From the NCBI RefSeq assembly GCF_009914755.1, contig NC_060927.1: 64,000 bases of DNA. The stretch is one strand, 5' to 3'. The DNA is from the human T2T-CHM13v2.0 reference genome, Homo sapiens. The notes under the pieces were generated by a model. The model worked only from the letters and a program-made list of their open reading frames with translations, searched no databases and was not told the DNA's origin. The translations under genes and the position numbers were made by a program. This document shows positions 15,590-31,104 of the stretch, one piece after another; position 1 is the first letter of the stretch; each line of letters opens with the position of its first letter.

Positions 15590-15803
15590 AAAAAGTGATT
15601 TTCCCTCATGGATTTGCTAATACATCTATTATCTATATTAAATACATATTTATAAATAATTTAGGCTTTTAGAGAAACAATCTGTGATTCCAGTTTCCAG
15701 CATAATGTTTTCTAATAGGAAAGTTAATTTTAATTTGTGCATATCTCATTTCAATCTTCGCTTTGTCTTTCTCTTCAAGTCTCCTGCAACTTATTCTCTC
15801 TGA

Positions 15804-16390
<587 letters not shown>

Positions 16391-16676
16391 ACTCCACATA
16401 CATTTCAGTAGCACTTGAACACCACTACAGGTACCTATATCATAACTTTTATTACTGTTTAGAGTTTATTATATATTATAGTTAATAATGATAAAATTAC
16501 AAGCTTTATATTCCCAGGAACACCTAGCACACTGCCTTGGTCATAAAATGAGTTAAAAAATATCTATTAATAATATCAAGTAAATTATTCTTCTGCAGGT
16601 CACTTTTCAAAATCAAACAGATGAAATCTCTTTCCCCAAGCAGCTCTAAGAAAACAACATTATATTGAGTGTAAGT

Positions 16677-17166
16677 TGTGAAAGGAAAATAAAACGGCCT
16701 ATGCCAAAAGGAAAGTTAAGCTTGGGAACTCAGTCATTCAGAAAACTGACTCCCATTTGTTCATAAACAGACAGCTGCAAGATAGAAGGCTACATAGTTC
16801 TTCAGGTGGTCTCCCTCATGCTGACAATGTAAATTAACAGTTTATCTTCACAGGTAGAGGACAACGATGAGACTAGAAATCATCCCCCACTCACCCAGAG
16901 ACAAATACATTTACTTCTTCCTCTACTCTGTGTTTACTTTCTCTTAGGTAAGATGCAGATTTACTGAGCACGAGATGAATGCCTGACTGTTCCTCTTTCC
17001 CCTCAAGCTGGCTCTTTCTCTTTTAAATATTAAAGTCCTCAAAACCCTCTCTGGAAGAATGAACAGGCTTTCTTCTTGTGTCTCTTTCTCCTGGATGCAT
17101 CCTCAATCTTGGCAAACTAAACCTCTAAATTGATTGAGACTTGTCTCAGACACTTTTCGGTTTACA
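16677..17166 (+). mobile_element. ERV1 solo LTR (MER4-like group)
   Basis: TGTGAAAGGAAAATAAA...GGTTTACA with 4-bp TSD AAGT on both sides. Confidence 0.8.
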
Positions 17167-17977
17167 AAGTCAGCCCTGATAAGAAACATAATTGTGATTC
17201 TGAGGCACAATTGCATTCAGAAACTTAAGGGAAAAATCAATCCTGGGCAGTAACGCTTGTAGAAATATATTTCGTGCAGGATAGAGCAGAAAAATATAGG
17301 ACTCGTATAAGCACATATGCTTGTTATTTCCCTGACTTTAATCTCATTTAATAAAACTCACTAAAAAAAAAAAACCTTTAGCAAAGAATTCAGGAGCTAT
17401 TCTTTTACATTTTTTCTTTTATGTAAAATTTAATAATCACTTTAAATCACAAATTGGAATCCATTTAGTTTTCATATTAACTGAAAAATGTGTGTATATA
17501 ACAAACGAGAAAGTTAATTATAACTCCAAATGTTATGCATACATCAGAAAAAAAAAGAAAGTTACTATTTCAGTTAAGGATAATTGAAGAAAGGGACTGA
17601 GATTAAATTTAAAAAATTTTGCTTAGTTAATACATAGGCAAAACTGACATTTTGCCTAAAATACCCGTTAAAATGCCTGACACTTAAAAAAAAAAAAAGT
17701 AATGGGAAATCACAAACATAAAATTAGATAAGACTTTATAGAGTGAGTTTGCATTACCAGCTTAGGGTTAGATGGCAATAATGTGATGCCTTCCAAACGT
17801 GTATCACCATTAAGTTTCTCCAAAAGACTTAGAGTCTGGCATTGCATTTAAATAACATTTGAAATCAAATGTGTGCATGCGTAAAAGGCTTACAAAGGTT
17901 AGTAGTTGAATACAGATGCAAACACTGCAGAGAGTTAAGAAAAGAAATAATGCAGATGAAAACAAAAACAATAAAAC

Positions 17978-18028
17978 CTTGGAGCTCCAAAAAGAGTGAA
18001 GCTGGTCCCGAAGTGCTGGCTTGACTGT
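17978..18028 (-). CDS. CLASP2: Probable CLASP2 alternative exon, 51 nt TVKPALRDQLHSFWSSK
   Basis: tttcag|ACAGTCAAG...TCCAAG|gtttta; phase 0-0, open frame, locally GC-richer than flanks; weak donor. Confidence 0.7.
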
Positions 18029-18159
18029 CTGAAAGTTTATAAAAACAAAACCCACTGATTGAACAGCTTCTCATGTGACAGAAATACAAATATCAACATA
18101 ACTTTATTAATAAATACTTCAATTCTTTATAATGTCTTCAAAAGATCTCAAAGTTTTAC

Positions 18160-18238
18160 CTTTAAGCTTGGTGTCTGGGTCTGATCAACTGTAAATCTCA
18201 TTAGAATATTGAACTGAAGATCATTTGGAAAAGACTCT
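18160..18238 (-). CDS. CLASP2: CLASP2 exon, 79 nt (R)ESFPNDLQFNILMRFTVDQTQTPSLK
   Basis: ttcag|AGAGTCT...AAG|gtaaa; phase 2 to 0. Confidence 0.96.
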
Positions 18239-18465
18239 CTGAAACAAGAACAAAGCAAAACGAAACAAAAATTTAGTTAGCAAGTACGCATGTAACAGCA
18301 AAAGACTATGCTTAATACCAAAACATAATGTCATCCAAAAAACATCCATGAAGTAGTATCTGCATGTGGTATAAACTACCTGGTATAGTATACAATAAAT
18401 GCATCCTCAGAAGAATATGAACATCTGAATTTGTACTCAGTACAGGGTTAAAAAGTAACTCTACA

Positions 18466-18760
<295 letters not shown>

Positions 18761-18997
18761 GCAACACTATAGGAAATAATAGTCTATCTTGCCTCAACTA
18801 TAGATTTAATCAGAAAAATGTATTCAGTAAAAAGTTTAACATTCTTAGAAATGTTTCTCTATACCTAAAATCTGAATTCTGACTCACCTCAACCTAGTAA
18901 ACAGATATTTGAAATAAGTGACTTCAACAATCTACACAAGAAAGTAGAAATATATCATTGGTTCAAAACCTTCTGAAAAGAGATTTAGAATATTTAA

Positions 18998-19414
<417 letters not shown>

Positions 19415-19660
19415 TAAAATACCACCTTGAACTACTCAACCAATATTAATACAATTTTTATAAAAAAAAATGCAGGGCTTGACCTAGGGAAAAATGTTGC
19501 TTTAAATATACAATATGAATGGGCATAATTAACAATCTTCAAACGGAATCCATGCAGTCTAAATTGTTCAAAGGGACCCAGAAATCTGAACTATTAACAC
19601 AGGGGTTAGATATTCCTAGTTATTATCAGGTTAACTTGAAATATATGAAAAAAATATTAC

Positions 19661-19824
19661 CTTGTAACATCAAGGGCTTTCTGAACTTTTGCCTGAACAG
19701 ATCCAAGCAAATCAGCACCCATTTTTTTTAGTAGTTGTGTCAGCAGTACAAACAACCAATCTTGAAGATCATCTTTGTGGACTTGTATGAAATCCACTAG
19801 AGTCTCCAAAAACATGCTGAATAC
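19661..19824 (-). CDS. CLASP2: CLASP2 exon, 164 nt VFSMFLETLVDFIQVHKDDLQDWLFVLLTQLLKKMGADLLGSVQAKVQKALDVT
   Basis: tgtag|GTATTC...ACAAG|gtaat; phase 0 to 2. Confidence 0.97.
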
Positions 19825-19996
19825 CTACAGTTGATAAAGGGGAGAGGTAGGGAGAAAAAAAGAGGAAATATTGACCTCTATGTTCAATTCAAAGCGAATA
19901 CAGAAAGGAACACAGGAATCAGAGGCACAGCGATTGGCAGCCAAGCGGAAAAACAATCTCTCTTGCTTTTCATTGGACTCTGTGATACAAGAGTAC

Positions 19997-20017
19997 CTTT
20001 GAACTGTTATCCAACTT
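19997..20017 (-). CDS. CLASP2: Candidate 21-nt microexon KLDNSSK
   Basis: gctaat...ctgcag|AAGTTGGATAACAGTTCAAAG|gtact; phase 0-0; weak polypyrimidine tract. Confidence 0.3.
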
Positions 20018-21314
20018 CTGCAGAAGTTCGACAATTAGCTACTCCATGCAGCATCACTTGGTAAAGAAAGTTTGGCCATAATGGCTGGCACACCTAATGT
20101 TATCAATGATGCCACAGCTTAAACTGGGTAAAGCGAAATCTGTTTTGTGTAAAATGTAGGGGAAAAAAACTATAGTTTCAGTAACTCTCAGCTTTTCTGA
20201 AGAGTGGCACTGAGTAAATGAGAAGATGACTACAATGACCTTAAAGTATAAAATTTATCTGGCATAACAGACTAATTAAAGAATCCTCAGATTTCTCAAA
20301 ATGACAATTGTCACAAATAATTTGGTATGGGATGTATTATTTATTAAAACTGCCTCAATGGTAATTTTAAATGATTTAACTGTAACTGCATCTAAAATAA
20401 ATCCAAGATGAATGTCTACATTTAAATTTCAGTGATTTTTAAAAAGTCCTAGATGGCATACTATTAGTCTCCATACCCATTTATGGGTTTTTTACTTACT
20501 TCCAATATTAATCTATTTGTTTTAACATTTTTATAAGGTAGAAAAAAATTATTATAGTGAAGGGAAGCTAATGTTTATAAGTGATGTAGCTCATTAAAAT
20601 ACTTATGAAAAGTGACCTTTATCAAGGCTGTATCTCTTTATAAGATAGTCAACACCATAATGGAAAATTAGTTTCTAGATAAAGAAGAAAAAACTGTCAG
20701 CCATAATGTATTACTGGACAAATCATAATAAACATTTTGATCACAGATTAAAAACTATGGGTTAAAAAAACTTAAAATTATTAACTTTTCAAGTTAATCT
20801 CAAAAAGTAAATATGATAATTTGAGAACTAAGAGTTTTGCTCTCAATGCATATTTTATTTCTTGAATTCCCTTCATACAGTTATAGATGAACTCTTTTTT
20901 TTCTTTAGAAATGAAGGATTTTCTTTATCAGAATTATAATTAAGCTTCAACATTTAAACTGAGTTAAAAATAAAAATATACTTTAGCTATTTGCTTAAGA
21001 CGCTGTATACCTGTAACAGCAGAAACTATAATTAAATTTTTGAGTATTCTCTGGTCCCCAGACAGTGTGTGCTTCAACACTGTTCCTACTCACAGTGTGG
21101 ATTCCTTTAACTCTCATTCCACCACTACCCCCATAATCCCCCAAGAACTTGGATTCTCTTAGATTCCAAACTTGGCCAACTGCTTCATTAAACTGTCTCT
21201 GGCCTTCTCCTGAGGGCCAGGAATATTGTCAAGGAGCTTCACTAGACATAGTCTATGACAAATGCATGTAACTAATCTGGTACTCATTCTTACTGTTACC
21301 TAGCAAATCTGTTC

Positions 21315-21502
21315 AGTCATGTGCTGGCATCAGTTTGCACCTGTCTAGAGAGTCAATTGTTAAATATTCAGGAATCTTGTGAAGTGGTTGGTAGCTTGAA
21401 ATCTACCACGGGATAGGAGTATTTACATCTCAGAAATGGGCAAACACTACATATCAGAGCTTCCTGCCTCTCCCCCAAAGCTCATTTACTAGGACACCAT
21501 TG
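21315..21502. mobile_element. Probable MER63-like hAT fossil
   Basis: gagagtcaattgttaaatattcaggaat...ggagtatttaca resembles recalled MER63. Confidence 0.5.
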
Positions 21503-21589
21503 TCCTATTCTTTGGTTCACTTTCACCCTTGTTTCAACACTTGTCTATGCTCCTGAAGATTACAACCTCTAGCTTTCCTATATGAAAAT

Positions 21590-21770
21590 CCATTCTGAAA
21601 ATCACAGACATTAGAATGCCTAGGTCAACCTCCTATTTTATGGATGAGGAAACAGGGAAGCAGAGAATTACATGACCTGCCCAATGTTTCACAGATGGTT
21701 AATAGCTAGGCCAGGACTTAAAGCTAGGTCACTTGGTTTTCAGTTGTGCTCTATCCACTCTATTACCAGA
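21590..21770. mobile_element. MIR
   Basis: ttttatggatgaggaaacagg...tgacctgcccaa core. Confidence 0.65.
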
Positions 21771-22368
21771 TGACCTAACTTATCTTCATTATTGTCATTC
21801 AACATGAAATTCTCCATTGACTCTTCCCTCAATTTGATTTCCTCTATACCTATCCTTCTAATTTATCCAAGAAAGAAGTGATTTTCTTCATTTTATGGCT
21901 AATCTTTCTACTTTATATTCCTGCTCTCTAAAACATGGTCTCCTCTACTATCTTTACTCTTTTTATTCTCTACCGAAATCCTTTGCTTACAGATGCAGAA
22001 GTCATCTCAAGAAATTATCTCTCTGCTTCCATCCTATTGCTCCCACCAATTACTTTCTAATCATGATGTATAATAGCTTCTTCATTAAGTTTAGTATGTT
22101 TGGCCGTTCTGTAACTTGACACTGCTTTCCTCTTACTTCCCTTCTTTCTGGTTGCCAGGAATTCTCCTTTTGCATGTCTTCATCCTGATTCTCTTTTCAT
22201 CATAAGTGTGACCTACTTGACACAGTCTCTCTGATCTATCCCATGAGGCCTTTTTCCTGGCCTTCTCCAAATCTGTTTACCACACCATCACTAAAGGCAC
22301 CAAGCATTTCTGACCTCAGGTCTGGATTTCTGTAGTAGCCTGACTTTAGTTTTATATTTCCTGTATAC

Positions 22369-22586
22369 CAGGGTTCAGTAAACCATTTTTGTAACAGGCC
22401 AGATAGTAAATATCCTAGGGCTTTGCAAGCCATATGGTCTCTATCACAACTACTCAACTTTGCCATTTAGCACAGCCACTGACACCACATAAACAAATAA
22501 GCATGGCCGTGTGTCAATATAACTTTATTCACAAAAACAGGCAGCAGGGAAGATGTGGCCTGCAGGCTGTAGTTTGTCAACTCATG
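22369..22586 (+). mobile_element. MER58A-like (hAT-Charlie) fossil
   Basis: ggccagatagtaaatat...acaactactcaact...ggcctgcaggctgtagtttg. Confidence 0.8.
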
Positions 22587-23389
22587 TCTCTTTGTTACCA
22601 TCAGATTGTGATATGACTCTTTGGATGGAAACAAAATCCTTTACTGTTCCTTCACTGTCTATAAGATAATGTCTAAAATACCTGGACAAGTTTCTAACTC
22701 CAAACTGATCTTGGGCTATCTGGAAACATAAACTCTTTATCCTTGAACACACCTCATATATCCACCCTGATTTCCTAACACATCCCCACTCCATTCATTT
22801 ACACACAGTATGTGACTCTCTATAGAATTTACTATTCAAGTCCTAGTCAAGAAACTTCTTGGATTGCAAGTCAGGGCCACTGATCTTCCTGACTTAGAAC
22901 TCACAGAGGGGCAAACTATTTATGGTGCTATTTAGCTTTTTCTGTATTTATGTTATTTTCCCATCTCTAACACATACCATTTGAAAATAAAGACTATATT
23001 TTTATACAGTCTTGTGTGTCACCAATTAGAACTAGAACCAGGCTTAAGGTTATCAGAGGCTGAGAACCCAATAAAAAGTTTATCAATGAAATCAAGTGAA
23101 ATTTACCCTCTAATTGGTAGCCAACCCTTTTTCTTCAATGCAAGGGAAGACCTTCCCTTTAGTCTAGCCAAGATTAACTTCTTTTTATTTCCTATAAACT
23201 TTCTAGCATCTCCCACTTCTTTTTCTGGACTCAGGCTAGCTACTTCGAATAAGCCCTTTATTCTCACTCTGACATATCCAAAGCTTATGTTCTATTAAGA
23301 TCTGAGATGCCATTTTCTTCAAGAAGACTTCTCTGAGTTTCCTAAGTAGAAATTTGTTTTGATTATATAAAATGTGAGTAGCTAAATAA

Positions 23390-23741
<352 letters not shown>

Positions 23742-24039
23742 TGTACTATTATTTTTCAAAAATGCTTATATCCTATCAATGGTACTTAGTAAATGATCAT
23801 ATGCACACACACACACAGCTGACCCTTGAACTACATGCTTTTAAACTGTGTGGGTCCACTTACACGTGGATTTTCTTCCACCTCTGCCACCCCTGAGATA
23901 GCAACACCAACCCCTCCTCTTCCTCCTTAGCCTACTCAAGGTGAAGATGACAATAATAAAGATCTTTATGGTGATCCATTCCACCTAACAATTAGTAAGT
24001 AAATATATTTTCTCTTCCTTATAATTTTAATAACATTTT

Positions 24040-24333
24040 ATTTTCTTTCTGAGACGGAGTCTCACCTATCACCCAGGGTGGAGTGCACTGGTGCGATCTC
24101 GGCTCACTGAAACCTCTGCCTCCCAGGTTCAAGTGATTCTCCTGCCTCAGCCTTCTGTGTAGGTAGGATTACAGGCCAGCGCCACCACACTCGGCTAATT
24201 TTTTTGTACTTTTAGTAGAGATAGGGTTTCACCATGTTGGCCTGGCTGGTCTCAAACTCCTGACCTGAGGCGATCTGCCCACCTCAGCCTCCCAAAGTGC
24301 TGAGATTACAGACATGAGCCATCACACCTGGCT
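24040..24333 (-). mobile_element. Alu (S-type)
   Basis: Antisense Alu; TSD taataacattttattttct. Confidence 0.92.
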
Positions 24334-24384
24334 AATAACATTTTATTTTCTCTAGTTTACTTTATTATAATAATACAGTATATA

Positions 24385-24718
<334 letters not shown>

Positions 24719-25584
24719 TTAATTGACTATGTTATTGGTAAGGTTTCTGGTCAACACTAGGCTATTAGTAGTTATGTTTTGGGGAGTTAAAAATTATATA
24801 CAGATTTTTCTATTGCACAGGCGTCTGTGTCCCTCTCTAACCTCCTCATTGTTCAAGGGTCAACTGTACTTACATATACATGCATACATATCTATCTTCA
24901 TTCATTATCCATATCCAAAATTTATTGAAAGTTATATATAAAACATCTTACTTGATTGCCCTAACACAAAGGGTTCTTGTCAGATGTTAATATGCCCCCA
25001 TTTCCTAATCTATGATTAAAGAACAAAGTGGAAAGTGGCTATGCTAATATAAAACTAGTGATTCACATGTTCTTTCAGAAGACAAAGATGAGAATTACTA
25101 TCCCATAATCTACTCTGTTTGCTTTTATGGAATGACATTAATAAAATGTCATTTGTGGGAAGGCAGGGGTTAAATGTTTTTTTAAAAATTGTGAAACTTC
25201 AGAATCATTTTAAAATAATTCAATGGAAGCAATCTTCAATAGAATCAATTTATTACCCCACATATCTCATAAATATAATTTGTTGGAAAAGAATTAAAAT
25301 ATTCGAGCTATTACAATTGAGGCAGACTTTTCTTTAACTCCCTTATATCTTAGGTGTGCCAGTCATCAAATAGAACAGAAGAACATAATCAAATTAGATT
25401 AATTAGTAGATTAAAAAGCATATCTCCAAACAGAATGATAGTTTGCATAACTGCAAATAGCATTTCGTGGATTGCAAAGGTTCCAACACTGCATGAACTC
25501 TTTGGGAGAGAAAATAGAGAAAAAGGGTTAATTTCACAGTCATGCAGTAAAGTTAGGTTTCCAACAAATATTGAACCAACTTAC

Positions 25585-25587
25585 TCT
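25585..25587 (-). CDS. CLASP2: CLASP2 3-nt microexon (AGA, Arg)
   Basis: long polypyrimidine tract ...caatag|AGA|gtaagt; supplies the R of DPHGK-R-VFSMF that neither flanking exon encodes. Confidence 0.88.
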
Positions 25588-27009
25588 CTATTGAGAGTTC
25601 CAACACAGGGGACAGCATGCAAAAAGAAAAAAAGAAAAAAAAGAAAAACACACAAATTAGTCGCCATCAATGCAAAGTTCCTGTATGGAAGAAAAACACT
25701 CAGAAAATAATAGTGACAAATGTTTTTCGAAGTTTTATGATAAACTCAAAATAGTTTTTAAAACAAGACTTAAATGAATAGTATGGGAGAAGAACATATG
25801 ATTTTGTTTCTCTTGCACCTCTTTGCCAGGAAAATTAAGAAAACTAAAGACAAAAACTCTTTTTTTTCCAGACCCTATCAATCCTTGAGGTTAAACATCT
25901 GAAAATAATCCAAGAATAATAGACACATACTCCCACTTCTGAATGGGGCCAACATTTGGTTCCAAAGCATAGTCCATAGAATTTTTTCCTTTCTTTTCTC
26001 TTTTTTTTCCTCCTCTCAGAAGCAATACTTTCACAAGTTAAAATATTTCTGTGAAGGCTTGAAACAATAACTATTGCTTGGAAGTAATAAAAGTAACTAT
26101 ACTACTACTTTTTATTTTCCCTAGGTAAGATGTGTGTTATGGTCTCCTGATCTAAAGACTGCAGGCAGCTGAGCTGCCTAGAATGCTCGTCAGGAGATTC
26201 AACTGTGCCTCATTTTAGTAGCCACAGATTGAATTCCTACCGTAGTTGTCCAAGACTCAAGAGTATGGTTCAAGAGGTAGTGTTACAAATACCATAAAAT
26301 GCCAATTCAAAGCATGCACCACAGTGAAGGCAGTTCTTTCCAGAGTCAAGTGCCAGAAATATATGGGATGGCTTTTGGCAACTGATACTGCTTGCATTTG
26401 AGGGGGAAAAAATGGGTCCAGAGCAGTCAAAATAAAAATCTGCTGCAAACTCCTTAATTTAAAAAATTTGATTTTTAAAAAACGTATATATGGTACTTGG
26501 TATGTTCTAAGGGTTTACATGAGGTGGATATTACTATTAACTGTTTTACAGATTAATAATTAATAATTAAAGTACATACTGCTAATAAATTGGAGGTAGA
26601 ATTTGAACCCAAGCAATCTAGCTCCACTATCCATACCTGTTATTTTAAATTTTCCCTCACACTGCTTAAGTAATCCTTCCAAAAGGTACGTCTTGTCTAC
26701 TCAGTGACTGCTCACTGCCCTCAAGATAATGTCCAAACAAAGCCTACCATTTTGCAGTACAATATGTGTTGTACTGCTTCACTTATAAAAAATACTAAAA
26801 GGCTTTAAATTATACATTTGCTGATTTATGGTCTAAATTATTGTCTTACAGATATTGTGGTTAATTATTTATTTCTATATGGGTATATGAAGGAAAAAAA
26901 GTTCATTTATCAAATTACAGACATCAAATAATTTCATCTTCCAAGGGTATAGGTTCCTGAACATATGTTTCTATTTTAGTGTCAACGACAAAGAGTTGAT
27001 CATATATGA

Positions 27010-27406
27010 CAGGGGTCAGCAAACTATGGCCTGCAAGCTATTTCTAATTCTTACACTTTAAAAAATGACTTTAAAAGCAATCAAAAGGCTATTTAGTGAT
27101 ACATGAAAATTATATAACCACATGGTCAGGCATGGTGGCTCACGCTTGTCATCACAGCACTTTGGGGGGACACAATGGACAGATCACTTGAGGCCAGGAG
27201 TTCAAGACCAGCTTGGCCAACATGGTGAGAACCCGTCTCTACTAAAAATACGAAAAATGAGCAGAGTGTGGTGGCACATGACTGTAATCCCAGCTACTTG
27301 GAAGGCTGAGGCTCAGGCTCCCGCTTGAACCCGGGAGGCGGAAGTTGCAGTGAGCCAAGATCATGCCACTGCACTCCAGCCTGGGTGACAGAAAGAGATC
27401 TTGTCT

Positions 27407-27444
<38 letters not shown>

Positions 27445-27635
27445 ACACACACACACACCCCCTCACATTTTAATGTTCATAAATAAAGTTTTATTGCAAC
27501 CCAACACACACATTTGTTTGTTCATTGCCTGTTAAGGGTGCCTTCATGCTATAATGGCATAATTGAGTAGCTGGGATAGAGACCCTTATGGTCTGCAAAG
27601 CCACATTATTTACAGAAAATAGTTGCTGAGTCTGA
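27010..27635. mobile_element. MER58-like fossil interrupted by a plus-strand Alu (27124-27442)
   Basis: caggggtcagcaaactatggcc...aataaagttttattg...; Alu with long A tail. Confidence 0.75.
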
Positions 27636-29593
27636 TATAGAACAAAATTGCATTCAGAAAGAAGATATCAAAAAAAGTTGCTTGATTCTGAAGATGGAAC
27701 TGTTGGTCTAAAAATACATTAAAAAGGGAGGGGTGCAGCTATTTAAAAAATATCAGAATACAATGCAAAAACTCAAACATTTTTAACTCGGCACAGGATG
27801 GTGACATGTCTAGTATCCTTAATGAATTACATTATTGACAGAGTCTCTGATGGACAATCAATGGCCACACAAAAATCAGAAAATCTTCCCATTACATTTG
27901 TCTTCACAGAACTGACTAAAAAACAAAAACCAAAATCAAACAAACAAGATGGGTAGATAAGAATTTTATGTTGCTATAAAGCCCTAAGAAGAGAAATCTG
28001 ATGCAATCCTAGGGAAAATAGTAGCTGGTTCTCCACCTGTATTAAGAGAGGCCAAACATTTGTGCTCAGTTAAGTTCCTATACCAGTGTTAAACTCAGCT
28101 TTCCTATTTGATCTTTTTTAAAAAAGTTTGTCTTTATCACTATACATCATGGCATCCAACCAAACTGCATTACTGACTTAACAAAAAGTCAAAAACTGTG
28201 ACTTCAAGAAATAATCTAGCTTTGGTCTTATATCTTCCAGTAGCAGGAATTACTGAAGATGCTTAATAACTATATATTTCAAAGTTGAACAGACTGTTAA
28301 TTTAAATGTTTAATAAAACAAATTAACCCAAATAACTGTCTTGTCCTTTGGCTTATATTGCCAACTAAAAATATCAACAGTTAATCTGTTCAGGATTTAT
28401 AGAAATTTTTACATTAAAGTAAGACTAACAGCTGTAATCAGTGATAGCAATATCTATCTAGAATGGTATAGTTATCTACATGTTCAATTATAAGTTACAA
28501 ACTTTAAAAGATTTTAGTAAACTGCTTACCAAATGTATTTTCTTCTTTGTCTTTTAATGGGATATTTTACCCTCAAATAAATATAACTTCTGATAGAATA
28601 ATCTTTGAAAATATTGTTTTAAAGTATAAGCAATTTATTTAAATAATTAAGTATATCCCCCACTGCATTTAAATCTTTAGCTGGATTTTAGTTTATGTAC
28701 AATGTGGGATTTCATTATCTTTAAGTAGTGTTGTAAGTAATGAAAATACTAAAAATAGAAAAAAATGAGGAGGAAATGAGATGTGCAACAATAAAGTGAA
28801 GACAATAAAAAGAAACAGTAAAGTGAAATTCATTAATATTTTTCTTATTTCCTTGCCACATCTCCCGCTCACTTAGGTTAGAAAGTCTCCTGTAGACATT
28901 TGGTATCCTAAGGGAAGATTTCACCATTATCAAACATATTGCTGGAAACAGAATATGTGACCACAGTTTTATAACAGTACTATGCATCAAGGTAAACCAA
29001 AATTTCACAGTACACATGCACATTACATATAAGTACTTAAATAAATATATTTTAATCAACATTAAAAATGAACAAAGTTCTGAAAATTTTTATGGACTAC
29101 TTCAATGTAAGAAATGTCTCTTATATTACTACCAAACTATGGCTGGAACCACATTTTGTGCCTTTGTGTTAATGACAATTCTTTTCTACAAAATTATTAT
29201 TTCAAAATTGAAACATATTTACATCAATGCTGTAATTAATCACAGACGAAAACAAAATAAAATGTTAAAAACCTTTTCAACTTACCCCAATTATGTCTTT
29301 TACAAACACTAAAACAGTCTTAGTAACACAAAATACACCAACTTGACTAAATTACTTGAGTTGTAACTGTATCCCCTTTATTTCAGTCTTAGACCATCTA
29401 TCATTGGAGAAGCTCAAATAGTTACCAGAGATTAATTTCTAAATTACGTATGATACCAAACAATTTTAATTATGCTTGAAAATATTACTGCCATTTTGGG
29501 ACAATAAAATAAAAATGGCCTACAGTTTTTCTGCTTTGACAATATACAAATGATACCCTATAGAAATAAATAATCTTAAATACTAAAACATAC

Positions 29594-29657
29594 CTTGCCA
29601 TGAGGGTCAGCAAACATTCTTGTGAAAATTTCACATAATCTTTTCAGTTCAACTCGA
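29594..29657 (-). CDS. CLASP2: CLASP2 exon, 64 nt (S)RVELKRLCEIFTRMFADPHGK
   Basis: gcag|TCGAGTT...AAG|gtatg; phase 2 to 0. Confidence 0.96.
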
Positions 29658-29741
29658 CTGCCAAGATAATACAGCGGTTAATTAATATCTTGCTGTAGCA
29701 AGAAGTCATGTAAAAGTAACTTTACATATAATTTTCTTTAA

Positions 29742-30680
<939 letters not shown>

Positions 30681-30890
30681 AACAACAACGAAATCAATAG
30701 AAAAAATCAACCCTAAAAACTGAGAAATTTGTGGGATGTACCAGTCAGGTCTAAATACAAAGTTACCAAATACAACAATTATTCTGTTGTAACCCACACT
30801 ATCTTAAAGGTTAAAAGTTAAGAAGAAAAATACAATTATCCTTCATTAATGGAGTGTGACAGGAGAAATTTTACATATGGCATTCCCAAT

Positions 30891-31104
30891 ACATGAATTT
30901 TATCCTTTTAAGTGTTAAGACGTTTTCTTAAATGTTGCTACTGATAGGATAAAATCATTCTAAACTATGCTTACTCCCTTGCCATTTAAAATGACCAACA
31001 CATGAATCCTATCCTTTTAGGTGTTAAGACATTTTCTTAAATGTTGCTATACTTACGGGCTAAAATCATTCTAAACTATGCCTACTCCCTTGCCATTTAC
31101 AATG
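30891..31104. repeat. Two-copy tandem duplication, period about 110 bp
   Basis: acatgaat..tatcctttta.gtgttaagac.ttttcttaaatgttgcta...taaaatcattctaaactatgc.tactcccttgccattta twice. Confidence 0.93.

Noticed and set aside
19825-20064. Overlapping 69-aa and 77-aa ORFs on both strands
   Set aside because: No recognisable homology; the minus ORF ends at the TAG of the real acceptor
25354-25710. 118-aa plus-strand ORF with a K/R-rich NLS-like stretch
   Set aside because: The basic run is the antisense of the 3-nt exon's polypyrimidine tract
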